From a virus, in the IMG/VR virus record IMGVR_UViG_3300042876_000313, positions 1 through 64,000 of that record: a stretch of 64,000 nt of DNA, one strand, 5' to 3'. The stretch's first letter is position 1, and the number at the start of each line of letters is the position of its first letter. Of this stretch, positions 34,938-45,362 are shown in pieces. Below the pieces are notes generated by a model. The model did no database searches and was not told where the DNA came from. It was given only the letters and a program-made list of their open reading frames with translations. The position numbers and the translations under genes are program-made.

Positions 34938-37892
34938 ATGAAAAGGCTATTACCGATTCTGATGGTTCTGTTTATGGTCGCGCTGGTGACTTCCTGCGCG
35001 ACTGCGGCAACGAATGTTTGGCTTGGAGACCAGGTGCGTACTAACTCGATTAAGCCCACAAATTACGTTCAGTTGATGGTCCAGCGTCCAGGAACGTACG
35101 GAACTGGATCAAACGGACTTTGGCGCCTTATTACCGGGGCCGACTTCATCAGCAGCCTTGGCTTGGCCACGGACACGGAATTGCAGAACGGAACGAATTC
35201 GGTCAAGAACTGGGCCATTACCGCGCTTGGATCAAACCAGTTCAATACGACCCAGTTCGCTACCAATGGATCAGGAAAGGTGACGATCAAGAACGGGGCA
35301 TTTCTGACCAACACGACCGAGTACGCGCCATACCTGACGTACAACGATGGCTCCGGCTACAACACCGTCATTGAGCCTAGAAACAATGGTACGTGGGCGT
35401 ACAATGATGTAACCGATTTTTGGAAATTTGACACGACAAACTGGACGTTTTTCCAATCAGTTTCCGGGCCGACACCAACCCAGCCCAGCAATCTCGTAAC
35501 CAAGGCATACGCGGACAACCTGACCAATGGGCTTGGAAGCGCGTACAATCCGCTGGTCAACTCCAACTTTTTTATTATCTACGCCACCGGACAGGGCACG
35601 AATACCTTGGGTGGAGGAACCAACATCCTGGTGCTTTGCGAGAATTCCAGCAGCACTAACACCGTGATTTTGCCAGTGTCCCCTACCAAAGGTCAGGAGG
35701 TGATCGTGAAGCACTGGGCCGGGTCATGGAGCCATTCGTCGGTGGTAATTGATGGAAATGGGAAGTTTATTGACAACTTCAACTCGCTTGAATTGACGAA
35801 TTACCACGAATCTGTTTGGCTGATTTACAGCACGAACGCTTCAAGGTGGTTCATTGTCTCGCACGTAAACGAAACGCAGACCGGAACTGGAACCGGAGCC
35901 ACCAACACCTTCGACTCAAACTTCACTCTGACGGACGGAACCAATGTGCATCTGGCGGTTGGTGGAAGTTACTCAAATTCATGGTTAAATATTCCCGTCA
36001 CAAAAGGAAATGTAAAGTTTTTCTCAAGCCTTATTAATTTTTACAGCGATATGAATGTTATTATTCCTGGAGTGCTGACAAACTTTACCACTTATGGAAA
36101 AATGGAGAACGGTAAATTTACATATCCAGCAATCGTCGCCAGTGGGAATGGTGTATTAGGTGAATCTCCTGGTCTTGAAGTAACATACCACGCAAGCATC
36201 GGAGGACTGCTTCAAGTCGAAGGCACCACCAACCTTAACGACTGGGCTAGGCTTGGGACGAATGTGCTGGGTTCTGGTGGAGTTGCAACCAATGTTTCAA
36301 CCAACATGGTCGGAATGACTTGGTGGAACCTGAAAGACCACGGAGCGAAGTTTGACGGGGTATTGCTGACTAACGCGGCTTGGACTTTGAACGGGACAAA
36401 TCTGGTCTGCACCAATGCGACTTTTGGGACTGGTGATGTTGGGAAGCTGGTGTTTATATACGGAGCAGACGCCAGCAATACCAACTGGACTGGATACATC
36501 CACACTTACGTCAATATTCACACGGTTGCGATAAACCGGGCGATAATCGGAGGTGCATCTTTTAACGAAGGAACTGGTAAGGTTGTATATGGAAGCAACG
36601 ACCAAGATGCGTGGCAGCTTGCTTTCGACCAAGTGACGAATGGGAGCGTTACGATCTATGCTCCGAATGGAATATCCGTGGTTGGCGGGAGCTTTTCTGC
36701 TACGAAAAACTCACTAATTGCTGTTCCAGATGTTGGGTATTATGGAACCATTGTCCCGACTCTGCGCGTGGTTGGTGAGTCTGCGCCGTGGTCGGGTTAC
36801 ACCGGCCCAGGCTCCTTGGCGCAGTGGACGCACCAAGGATCAGCGATATGGTGCGTGGTTACGGGTAACGGAACGAACCAAACGCTTATTTCGTCAACCA
36901 ACGTCACCAACCCTTACGAGATGGGCGGTGACAAGTGGAACAATGTTCGCGTCCGGTTTGAGAACATCGGGTTTCGATTGCTGCCAAACCCGCAGATGTC
37001 ATGCCTTAATTTGTCGGAAGCTTGCACGGCAGACTTGTTTAACACCTATGTTGATACCGGCTGGGTTGGATACACCGGGCCAGCACCAACCTGCGTGAAT
37101 TCGGTTGCGGTAAAGCTTCCGCGAACGAACAACAGCGGAATCGGGATTAACCGGCTGGATCAGGTGAATGTTTGCGGGACTTACGTTGGCATTGACTCCT
37201 ACGAGGGCGTATGGGGGTCACAGATCGGAATCATGTCTGGAATTATCGGATTGCGCCTGAATGGTTCCTACCATGCCGCAACCTACACCGACGTTATCAT
37301 CACCGGAAATTCCACAAACATTTACGTCACTGGAGCGAACCGGACGACGATTGCAAACTTCAAAACCGAACACGCATCCGATGCCCAATGGTACGGAACC
37401 GACGTTGACCTGTACGACCCAAGCAACTATTTGAAAGGCTCAATTAGCTGGGCGGTTGTGAAGGCCGGCGTTGGCATAGACAGCACTTGGACGCAGGTTG
37501 GTGGAACGAATTGTGTGGTGGTTGAGATGGGAAAATCTCCGGTTGTGAAATACGCAGGCCATTACGATGACGGCTCTTTGTCAAACGTGTTCGGTGGCTC
37601 TTACGTTGCTCTGACTACTAACGCCCCAAGTGACGGGCAGGTATTGACCGCAACTGGAAGCAAGGCGAAATGGGCAGTTGCCGCTGGATCACAGACTCCG
37701 TGGACTCAGGATGTAAATGCGGCTGGCTATGCGCTGACGAATCTTAACGGTCTGTTTGTTACTGGGACAAACCTTCCCGCGAGCAGCATGGGAAATGGTG
37801 AGGTTCAACTTTACAACTCCAACGGGGTTCTTTACGCAATCTGCAAAGACCTTGGAGGAAACGCTACTACGAACAAACTTGCGCCACCATGA
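34938..37892 (+). CDS. Tailspike with pectate-lyase-like beta-helix (putative polysaccharide depolymerase); signal peptide; N-terminus paralogous to 32893-34506
   Basis: NLKDHGAKFDG...DQDAWQLAFD...TIYAPNG beta-helix entry motif; shared ATNVWLGDQ..TNSI.PTNYVQLMVQRPGT. Confidence 0.75.
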   Translation: MKRLLPILMVLFMVALVTSCATAATNVWLGDQVRTNSIKPTNYVQLMVQRPGTYGTGSNGLWRLITGADFISSLGLATDTELQNGTNSVKNWAITALGSNQFNTTQFATNGSGKVTIKNGAFLTNTTEYAPYLTYNDGSGYNTVIEPRNNGTWAYNDVTDFWKFDTTNWTFFQSVSGPTPTQPSNLVTKAYADNLTNGLGSAYNPLVNSNFFIIYATGQGTNTLGGGTNILVLCENSSSTNTVILPVSPTKGQEVIVKHWAGSWSHSSVVIDGNGKFIDNFNSLELTNYHESVWLIYSTNASRWFIVSHVNETQTGTGTGATNTFDSNFTLTDGTNVHLAVGGSYSNSWLNIPVTKGNVKFFSSLINFYSDMNVIIPGVLTNFTTYGKMENGKFTYPAIVASGNGVLGESPGLEVTYHASIGGLLQVEGTTNLNDWARLGTNVLGSGGVATNVSTNMVGMTWWNLKDHGAKFDGVLLTNAAWTLNGTNLVCTNATFGTGDVGKLVFIYGADASNTNWTGYIHTYVNIHTVAINRAIIGGASFNEGTGKVVYGSNDQDAWQLAFDQVTNGSVTIYAPNGISVVGGSFSATKNSLIAVPDVGYYGTIVPTLRVVGESAPWSGYTGPGSLAQWTHQGSAIWCVVTGNGTNQTLISSTNVTNPYEMGGDKWNNVRVRFENIGFRLLPNPQMSCLNLSEACTADLFNTYVDTGWVGYTGPAPTCVNSVAVKLPRTNNSGIGINRLDQVNVCGTYVGIDSYEGVWGSQIGIMSGIIGLRLNGSYHAATYTDVIITGNSTNIYVTGANRTTIANFKTEHASDAQWYGTDVDLYDPSNYLKGSISWAVVKAGVGIDSTWTQVGGTNCVVVEMGKSPVVKYAGHYDDGSLSNVFGGSYVALTTNAPSDGQVLTATGSKAKWAVAAGSQTPWTQDVNAAGYALTNLNGLFVTGTNLPASSMGNGEVQLYNSNGVLYAICKDLGGNATTNKLAPP

Positions 37893-38881
37893 TAACATTT
37901 TTCACACTACTGCTTACAGCCTGCGCCTGCTTTGGGCAACTGATAATTCGCAATCAAGCCCCAAGCATTGCGCCATCCATCTCCACGCAGCCAACGAACC
38001 AGACCATTCTTACTAACCAGAACGCATCATTCACGGTGGTCGCAACTGGAACGCCAACACTCTATTACCAGTGGCAGACAAATAGCGTCAATGCTTATGA
38101 TGGAGGGCGCATTTCAGGGTCAACCACAACTCAGTTGACCTTTACGGCGGCAACAATAGCGGACAGCAATACGCTGGTGCGCTGCATTATAACTAACTCA
38201 ATCGGAAGCATCACCAGCGATGTTGCCACGCTTACAGTTACAAATGGTGTTGCAAGCACGAACTTTCTGCCTTCTGACATTGCAACACTTGGCGGTTGGT
38301 ATGTTTACACCAACTACTACACGAACGGATCAACTGCAACACTTCCAGACTTGTCAGGAAATGGTCGAGAACTGACGCAAACCACATCCAGCTACATGCC
38401 ATCAACAAATTCAGATGGGCTTATTTTTGGAAACGACACTTCTCTTTCAAAAGCGTCAATTACAAACACACTTCCCATTGAAGTGTGGGTGGTTTGCAAT
38501 ATTACGAACCGTGGAGGGAACGAGTTAATCTCGGCAATTAATCGGGCGGAACCTTTGGCTGCAACTTATCAGCCTGGATCAACAAGAATTATAGCATACC
38601 CATCGGCAGTGCTTTCATTCACAAACACAAACACATGGATGGTGTTGAGTTATTTTTACAGCGCGGCTGGTGCTGGTAATATCAGCTTTAACAACGGAAC
38701 AACTAACACCTCCGGCACTGTTACAGTCGCGTTGAAGCAAATTGACCTTGGAGACTCGCTTAGGAACAGCCCATTTTGGGGCGCGATTAAAGAGGTTGTA
38801 GTTTATACAAACTTAAACTCTGGCGCGGACAAGTTGAAGATTTATCAATACATGACGAACCGATGGGGATTTTCTCCGTAA
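37889..38881 (+). CDS. Ig I-set plus LamG/ConA-like domain protein
   Basis: APSISTQPTNQT...FTVVATGTPTLYYQW; DLSGNGREL...GAIKEVVVY...YMTNRWG. Confidence 0.75.
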   Translation: MITFFTLLLTACACFGQLIIRNQAPSIAPSISTQPTNQTILTNQNASFTVVATGTPTLYYQWQTNSVNAYDGGRISGSTTTQLTFTAATIADSNTLVRCIITNSIGSITSDVATLTVTNGVASTNFLPSDIATLGGWYVYTNYYTNGSTATLPDLSGNGRELTQTTSSYMPSTNSDGLIFGNDTSLSKASITNTLPIEVWVVCNITNRGGNELISAINRAEPLAATYQPGSTRIIAYPSAVLSFTNTNTWMVLSYFYSAAGAGNISFNNGTTNTSGTVTVALKQIDLGDSLRNSPFWGAIKEVVVYTNLNSGADKLKIYQYMTNRWGFSP

Positions 38882-38932
38882 CACGAATATGAGAGAGCGC
38901 ATTTAAACATTAAAACAAAGCAATAGGGTGAA

Positions 38933-39187
38933 ATGGATATGCAAAATATACTCGCAGCATCAGCGTACCCACTCATAGGGGCCAGCACGGCGTTACTGGC
39001 ATTTGGGGAGTCGGCAGTGCCGTTTGCTACGGTAGTTGCCTGCCTGGTATTCGTCTGGAATCAATCGGCCAAGTTCCAAAAGGCCATTGACCAGATTGAA
39101 CACTTGGCTGACAAATTCGACCATTTGCCTTGCGCCAAGTGCGAGGATCACTGCAAGATAGAGCGCGGCGTAGGGCCGCACAGTTGA
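38933..39187 (+). CDS. Small membrane protein
   Basis: Hydrophobic N-half plus short coiled coil; first gene of the lysis block. Confidence 0.55.
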   Translation: MDMQNILAASAYPLIGASTALLAFGESAVPFATVVACLVFVWNQSAKFQKAIDQIEHLADKFDHLPCAKCEDHCKIERGVGPHS

Positions 39188-39189
39188 CC

Positions 39190-39525
39190 ATGAATTTGTC
39201 CGACATCGCCTATTCCGACGTGGCCACGCTCAGTCCGACGATCCTGCTGGCGGTCGTGCTGAACGGCGTTGGGGTATTCCTCAAGCGATCCCCGCTCAAG
39301 GATTGGCTGATCCCGTTCGTCCTGATAGCCCTCGGCGCGTTGATCTACCCGTTCATCGCCGATGTAACCGAACTGCACAGCGGAACCCGTAATGCCACGG
39401 CCTACCGGGTGGTTGTTGGTTCGGCCATCGGGGTTATATCTGTGGGCGTCCATGCCACTTTGAAGCAGTTCATAGGCCGGAAAGGGGACAGCGGCCAGAC
39501 CGATTTCATCCAACGGAAACCATAA
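39190..39525 (+). CDS. Holin (3 TM)
   Basis: LNGVGVFLKRSP..DWLIPFVLIALG...GVISVGVHATLKQ. Confidence 0.7.
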   Translation: MNLSDIAYSDVATLSPTILLAVVLNGVGVFLKRSPLKDWLIPFVLIALGALIYPFIADVTELHSGTRNATAYRVVVGSAIGVISVGVHATLKQFIGRKGDSGQTDFIQRKP

Positions 39526-39552
39526 ACCACAAACCAAAATCCAAATAAACAC

Positions 39553-40080
39553 ATGAAAAACACGATCAAATATTGGGTGGCCTGCATCATGCTCGCCGCG
39601 TTATTCACCGTTTCGTTGTTCGCGCAGGTGGTCGCCGGGCCGGATTCGATGCCGGCGCCGCCCGAACCGTCAACCCCGTGGTGGATCACCGTCTTGGCGA
39701 TTACCGCGACTGTCATCGGCTCGATATTCGCTTGGATTGGCAAACTGATCGCCACCAAGCTCAAGCTGTCACAGACCCAGGCTGACGCGATGGACGCCTG
39801 CACGGCGGCAGTGGCACAGACCTATCAGGATTACGTCAAGGAACTCAAGAAGTCCGGGAAGTTCGGCGCCACCGAGAAGGCGTTGGCCAAGGAGAAGGCC
39901 ATGTCGCTGGCAAAGGAACTGGCCAAGGGGCCGGCCAAAGACCTGCTGCTGTCCTACGGCAAGGAGCATATTGGGGCGTGGATTGAGCAGATCGTCACCA
40001 AGCTCAAGGGCGGAACCAAGCTGGAAAACGGCGTCATTGACGTGCCAGCAACCATAACGCCTGCTACCCCCGCAAAATGA
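39553..40080 (+). CDS. LL-H-type holin-like membrane protein
   Basis: Signal/TM segments then AVAQTYQDYVKELKKSGKF...AKEKAM...WIEQIV. Confidence 0.6.
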   Translation: MKNTIKYWVACIMLAALFTVSLFAQVVAGPDSMPAPPEPSTPWWITVLAITATVIGSIFAWIGKLIATKLKLSQTQADAMDACTAAVAQTYQDYVKELKKSGKFGATEKALAKEKAMSLAKELAKGPAKDLLLSYGKEHIGAWIEQIVTKLKGGTKLENGVIDVPATITPATPAK

Positions 40081-40286
40081 CCTTCATCGGCCAAATCATT
40101 TATGCGCTGTTCAAGCCATTCCTTGAGGAACTTTTCAAGCAGTTCAACCTTGCCGGCAGCCGGCCAGTCGTGGCGACGGATGCTGCACCGGCTGACCCCG
40201 GCTTTAAGGCTGCTTGGGATGGCAGTCTTGCTGGCCAGCTTGAGCGGATGCGCCTTGTTCGAGAGAAACAGGGTGGTGTTCGTTGA
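40077..40286 (+). CDS. Putative i-spanin-like protein
   Basis: Overlapped out of frame by a lipoprotein gene. Confidence 0.4.
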   Translation: MTFIGQIIYALFKPFLEELFKQFNLAGSRPVVATDAAPADPGFKAAWDGSLAGQLERMRLVREKQGGVR

Positions 40287-40428
40287 CGGTGGAAGTAGCT
40301 ATCCACGGCTCGACGACGATTGCTGGGGGCACGTTTTCACCGAAGACAAGGCTACTGGCCAATGGGTGCGAAGCTCGAAGAAAGTGAAATTGCCACCCGG
40401 TTGGTACGTTGGGCCTGGGCCAAAATGA
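40180..40428 (+). CDS. Lipoprotein, putative o-spanin (Rz1-like)
   Basis: Lipobox LLASLSG-C; overlapping arrangement. Confidence 0.55.
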   Translation: MLHRLTPALRLLGMAVLLASLSGCALFERNRVVFVDGGSSYPRLDDDCWGHVFTEDKATGQWVRSSKKVKLPPGWYVGPGPK

Positions 40429-40629
40429 ACCTGGAATTCCAGATCAATGTCATTTGCGACGGTAAAGTGACCCACTTGGCGCGGGAAGTGGTGAACACGT
40501 CCGGCCTGTCAACCACCCAGAAGGCGATGGCCCCGCGCATTGCCAAGGTCGCAGCCGAACTTTTGGCCGGCGAGAAAGTGCTTACCCGTTCGCTGGATGA
40601 ACACTTCAAGACGGCGGCTGATTGATTTT

Positions 40630-40694
40630 CCCCCCGCTCGGTTTTCCGGTGTTGAACTCAGCGGGCAAGACCGGCGTGTTTGCCGGGCGGGGGG
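40630..40694. terminator. GC-rich stem-loop between convergent lysis and terminase genes
   Basis: CCCCGCTCGG...CCGGGCGGGG with inner CCGGT/ACCGG stem. Confidence 0.45.
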
Positions 40695-40700
40695 TCTATT

Positions 40701-42230
40701 TCAAGTGTGAATTATCGGATTCCCCGGCTTGGCCAATCGCATCTCAATATCGTTGACCAACTCGCTCCAAGCCTCCATCGCAATCAGGTAGCTCATCGCG
40801 TCGAAAGCATGGCGCAGGGGATCGCCCGACCGCTTGAGCGACCCTTGGGCGTTGGTCTTGAGCATGGTCATGGTCTGAATCAACTGCTCGCACCGGGACG
40901 AGATGAACAGGCGGTTGGCGAAAAGGAGCCGCCGCGTAAGCTGGATGCGCTTGACGACCGAGTTTGGCCCCTTGGTGACGCCTTGTAGTTCGATGGCCTG
41001 GTCGGAAGCGCGAAAGACCTCCTTGGCCTCGTTGGACGCGGAGATGGACTGGAACCCCGACATGGCCGATGAATCCGACCAGTGAACCCAATTAACCTTC
41101 CGGCCAATCACCTTCTCCCAGTACGCCATCAAATCCATGAATTCTAGGGTCAAATCTTCGAGCTTGATGGGGGTATCAATCATTATCAGTTCGTCGAGGA
41201 TTTTGAACACCGGCTGTTCTTCGCCTGGTTTTCCGGCCATGACCTTCTCCGCGATGACGATGGCGTTATGGATGTCGCCCAAATCCCAGCCCGTGTAGAG
41301 CGTGATGCAATCATCTTCCGGCATCAGGATAGCCGGGTTGGGATCGGCTACGGTCGCCATGTCGCCCTGGACATGAATCTCCGGGCGCCACACGCGGGCG
41401 AAGGCGGTATCTGAGGCTGACGACTTCCATTCACCCAGCCAGTGCCGGGCGTACACGTCCGGCCCGGAGAGCATGAACTGGGCCTGCAACTCCTGTTTCT
41501 CGGTATCGGTCAGCCACGGGTTGTCGGATACAGCGAATCGGTATATGGCCAGTTTGTCGCGGAGCGCGATCATCGCCTCGACCGTGTTCGGGAATTGTTC
41601 CTCGATCTGCTTGCGCGTCATTCGCCGGAACACATGGAAAAGCTGGTAAATCCAGTGGGACTGACCTTCCTCGGCGGGGTTGGTGTCAATCAGGAACAGG
41701 AAGTGGGGCTTCCACGAATCATCGTACCCGCGCAAGCACTGCATCATAATCTCGAAGGACGCCCGCCGCTTGAAGTTGGCGGCTTCCGTCAGGTAGATGC
41801 AGGAATAGTACCGTCCTTTGTAGATGCGCTCGACTTCCCGCTCGTTCTTGAGGGAGTCCAGTTGCAGGCGGGAAACGCCACCGTGCGCGTTCGTAATGGC
41901 GCACTCCATCTTATGCGTGAGACTGGATAACTTGGGGGGCGTGTGCCACTTCATGCCGATCCCTGAGTCAATCCATTCGGGCAGGATGTGTTCCACCATC
42001 AGTTGCCAGGTGCCGCCGTCGTAGTTGTCCGTGAGCGTTCTGCCGGCCATTGCAGCACGGGCGTTCGGGCACTCCCACAGGTGACGGGCCAGGCGATGGC
42101 AGGCGCCGAATGTTTTGGACGACTTGCGTGGGCCTTCAACGTCCACAATCAGATGGGAAGATTCGGCCAGGAGTTCGGCCTGCTTTTTGGAAACGGATGG
42201 GAACCATTGGCCTTTTGCGTCTATTGGCAT
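40701..42230 (-). CDS. terL: Terminase large subunit
   Basis: Walker A GPRKSSKT, Walker B IYLTEA, coupling motif DTNP, nuclease GWDLG and HAFDAMSY. Confidence 0.9.
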   Translation of the reverse strand: MPIDAKGQWFPSVSKKQAELLAESSHLIVDVEGPRKSSKTFGACHRLARHLWECPNARAAMAGRTLTDNYDGGTWQLMVEHILPEWIDSGIGMKWHTPPKLSSLTHKMECAITNAHGGVSRLQLDSLKNEREVERIYKGRYYSCIYLTEAANFKRRASFEIMMQCLRGYDDSWKPHFLFLIDTNPAEEGQSHWIYQLFHVFRRMTRKQIEEQFPNTVEAMIALRDKLAIYRFAVSDNPWLTDTEKQELQAQFMLSGPDVYARHWLGEWKSSASDTAFARVWRPEIHVQGDMATVADPNPAILMPEDDCITLYTGWDLGDIHNAIVIAEKVMAGKPGEEQPVFKILDELIMIDTPIKLEDLTLEFMDLMAYWEKVIGRKVNWVHWSDSSAMSGFQSISASNEAKEVFRASDQAIELQGVTKGPNSVVKRIQLTRRLLFANRLFISSRCEQLIQTMTMLKTNAQGSLKRSGDPLRHAFDAMSYLIAMEAWSELVNDIEMRLAKPGNPIIHT

Positions 42231-42336
42231 TAGCGTTAAAGCTTCAAAGATTATCGTTCAAGTTATCGTAAAAGTTTCTGTTGACTTTTGCCAATATCCG
42301 TGCGAATTCATTGTTGGTCAATCGAATAATGCTTTT

Positions 42337-42702
42337 ATGAAAATGGCAATCTCAGCGAAATCACCCGTCGCAATCACAACCGACGCCCCCAAGGAGTCCT
42401 ACCCTTACGTCTGCTTTCGGGACAAGCAGGTGGACAAGTTGGAAACCTCGCTGGGCGAGATGCCGGAAGTTGGGGATGAAGTCACCGTGACAATGACGCT
42501 GAAATGCACGGCGTTGCGGAAGGATGAGAACGGGAAGTCAGCAGACTTCAACGTGGTGTCGGTGGCCGGCGGTGAAACCAGCGAGGCCGAGGATGAAGGC
42601 GATGACGAAAAAGAGGAAGCCCCGATGGCCGACATGAAGGGCGTCAAGAATCCCGCCCTGAAAAAGGGCATGGCGAAAATGATGGAAGGCAAGAAATACT
42701 GA
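42337..42702 (+). CDS. Small acidic head-associated protein (capsid staple/cement-like)
   Basis: YPY...KL...MPEVGDEVTVT pattern; directly upstream of portal. Confidence 0.5.
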   Translation: MKMAISAKSPVAITTDAPKESYPYVCFRDKQVDKLETSLGEMPEVGDEVTVTMTLKCTALRKDENGKSADFNVVSVAGGETSEAEDEGDDEKEEAPMADMKGVKNPALKKGMAKMMEGKKY

Positions 42703-42821
42703 GGCCATGAAAACCGCCGGCTGGAAACCTAAACTGACGAAATTTCAGAAAGCCGTGTTCAATGGCACAAAACCGATTTACATAATCGGCCCGCGTAACG
42801 CTTGCAAAACCTCTGACAAAA

Positions 42822-45353
42822 ATGGCCGATAAACCAACCACCGATGCCGAACCTTCGGAATCCACCGGCTACTTCGGGCCGGTTCCGCCCAACTCCGAAA
42901 ACGACCCAATACCTGCCGCCAAGAGCGAGGAAATGGACGATGGGGCGGCGGCCTTCCAAAAGCGCATCGGCGTCACCTTTGACATGCTCAAAGGAAAACT
43001 CGACAAGCCCGACCTCCAATTCGACGATAAGACCAAGCAACTGGTCAATCAAGTCCGCGACATCATTCAGGGTGGCATGGCGTTTTCGTTGAAGGACTGG
43101 CGAATTTACGCCGCCATTGACGAGGCGTACAACGTCTCCTACCAGCAGATCAATCCCACGCTGATTCGGAAGATCATCGGGAAATCGTTCAAGAACTGGC
43201 AGGACATCGTAAAGGAATTCGAGCAGTGGGGATTGAACGCGGAATCGCTTTACAGCACCGTCAAGGGCGAGGACGGCGTGGACAAAAAAGTTCTCAAGGA
43301 AAAGACCTTCTGGAAAATCTTCATTCCGCTGGTCAAATCGTACCTGACCATCCGCCTGGCCAAGCTCTACAATGACCGCGATCAGTACCCGTTCCTGAAA
43401 TACGAGCCGAACAAATTCACCGATGAAGCTTGGATGGTTGGCGAAATACTGACCGAACTGGTGGAGCGCATGGTGCAGAACTACGGCTACCGCGCCATCT
43501 TCCGCCAGCAGCTTCATCAGATGCTCAAGTATTCGTTCTCGTTCATGTTCCCAGCGGAAGCGTGGCACAAGGAAACCGCCCCGGACGATGAAGGCGATGG
43601 CCAACACGCCACGAAGGAAGGGCTGCGTTACAACATCCCGCATCCCACGAAGGTCGCTTGGGACTTGAACTATCGCCCGGCCACGTTCAACACCGATACC
43701 GGATGCGAATGGGCGTTCTATTGGCGCGTCTATAAGTACAAGGACATCTACGGAAACCCGTATTTCTGGCGCAAGGAAATCATCTCCGCTTCCACCAACA
43801 ACTGGCTGAACGCTTATCCGCAATATTTTTCGGAAGTGTTCCCGTGCCGGATGGAGCCGTTCACCACCAGCAACCGGACGGAAACCAGCCGGGAAGAAGC
43901 AAGCGCGTTTTACTCCCGTACATCGGATTCGGAAAAGGCCGTGTTCCTGTCCGACCTGTTCATCAAACTGACTCCCAGCCAATACGGATGGGGCGAGTAC
44001 GCGCACCCGGTCTGGTTCCGGTTCGTGGTGGCGAACGAGGATTGCATCGTCTATGCCGAGCCGCTGGCCTATTGCCCAGTGCTGTACGTCGGCTACGACG
44101 AGGATCAGAACCAGCCGCGCAACCCCGGCATGGCCCTCGAAATCATGCCGTGGCAGGACGCCACCGGGAATCTCCTGAGCCAATGGATTCTGTCCATGAA
44201 ACAGAATCTCAAGAAGATCGTGGCCTACGACAAGAAGGCGGTCACAGCCGAGGCCATTGACGAGCTTACCGCCACGGCCAATGACAGCGAGAAAACCACA
44301 TGGATGGGCGTTGAGAAGCGGCAACTCACCATGCAGGGGGCGGACTTCAACCAGATTTTCTTCCCCGTCAGTTTCCCGATGAACGACATTGGCCAGTTCG
44401 TTATCACGATGGACAAGATGTTCACCATCATGGAACGGACGCTTAACATGTCCGCCGCCGAGACGGGGGCCGCAGGTGTCCACATCCAGACCGCCGAGGA
44501 AATCCGCGTCATCTCGAACAACGTGTCCAACCGCGTGGGCTACACCGGGGCGAGCGTGGACGACTTCGCTGATGCCTGGAAGCGGCAACTCGCCACGGCC
44601 ACGCGCACCTACGCTGACCGGGAGTTCGTCGTCGAAGTGTCCAAGACCAGCGAGGATTCGGCCAAGGTGCTGAAAAACCTTGGGTTTGAACTGGTGGACG
44701 AGAACGGGAAATCCGTCAAGGTCAAGGGGCCGCAGGCCAAGGTGGTGATGAACGCCTACATTTCGTCGCGGGAATTCCAGCAACGCTTGAACGACCCGCA
44801 GATCGGCAACCTGCTCCTGCAAAATCTCGCCGCGCTATCAAAGACGCCGGTGGGTATGCGCCTCGCAGCGGAACAGCCCGAATTCTTCTCTCAGACGTTC
44901 AACCGGATCAACCGCCTGCTGGGCGGCCCGCGTGATTGGAAAGTTCCCGTCAACTTCAAGCCGATGCCCGCTGAACAGCCGGCGCAAGGTGGTCAGCCCG
45001 GCGAGGGTCAGGGTGGCCAGCCACAGGGCAATCCGATGGAAGCGTTGCTGGGCCAGATCAACCAGATGATTCAGCAGCAGATTGGGCAGGCCGGTCAGGC
45101 GATTGTCCAGACGGTGATGCAGCAAGTCACCGAAGGGATGCAGCCGGTGGTTCAGGCCATTCAAGAGGCCAAGCAGGAAAGCGCGAACATCCAACAAGTG
45201 AACGACCAGCAGCAACAGGCCATCGAAAGCATGGGTCAACTGCTGCTCAAGATTGACGCCGTGATAAAAGCCGCAAATTCCGCTCCCGTACCGCCGCCCG
45301 CGATGCCGCCGCAACCGGGGCCAATGCCGCCGCCGGGGATGATGGGAGCGTAA
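42822..45353 (+). CDS. Portal protein (P22-like, long Gln/Pro-rich C-terminus)
   Basis: Size, position next to terL, QTAEEI motif and Q/P-rich coiled-coil tail. Confidence 0.8.
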   Translation: MADKPTTDAEPSESTGYFGPVPPNSENDPIPAAKSEEMDDGAAAFQKRIGVTFDMLKGKLDKPDLQFDDKTKQLVNQVRDIIQGGMAFSLKDWRIYAAIDEAYNVSYQQINPTLIRKIIGKSFKNWQDIVKEFEQWGLNAESLYSTVKGEDGVDKKVLKEKTFWKIFIPLVKSYLTIRLAKLYNDRDQYPFLKYEPNKFTDEAWMVGEILTELVERMVQNYGYRAIFRQQLHQMLKYSFSFMFPAEAWHKETAPDDEGDGQHATKEGLRYNIPHPTKVAWDLNYRPATFNTDTGCEWAFYWRVYKYKDIYGNPYFWRKEIISASTNNWLNAYPQYFSEVFPCRMEPFTTSNRTETSREEASAFYSRTSDSEKAVFLSDLFIKLTPSQYGWGEYAHPVWFRFVVANEDCIVYAEPLAYCPVLYVGYDEDQNQPRNPGMALEIMPWQDATGNLLSQWILSMKQNLKKIVAYDKKAVTAEAIDELTATANDSEKTTWMGVEKRQLTMQGADFNQIFFPVSFPMNDIGQFVITMDKMFTIMERTLNMSAAETGAAGVHIQTAEEIRVISNNVSNRVGYTGASVDDFADAWKRQLATATRTYADREFVVEVSKTSEDSAKVLKNLGFELVDENGKSVKVKGPQAKVVMNAYISSREFQQRLNDPQIGNLLLQNLAALSKTPVGMRLAAEQPEFFSQTFNRINRLLGGPRDWKVPVNFKPMPAEQPAQGGQPGEGQGGQPQGNPMEALLGQINQMIQQQIGQAGQAIVQTVMQQVTEGMQPVVQAIQEAKQESANIQQVNDQQQQAIESMGQLLLKIDAVIKAANSAPVPPPAMPPQPGPMPPPGMMGA

Positions 45354-45362
45354 ACCGATGTT

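Noticed and set aside
32965-35140. Similar DNA at the starts of the two fibre genes as a DGR template/variable repeat pair or invertible segment
   Set aside because: Differences are mostly synonymous and not adenine-specific, the copies are direct, and no reverse transcriptase or invertase is present.
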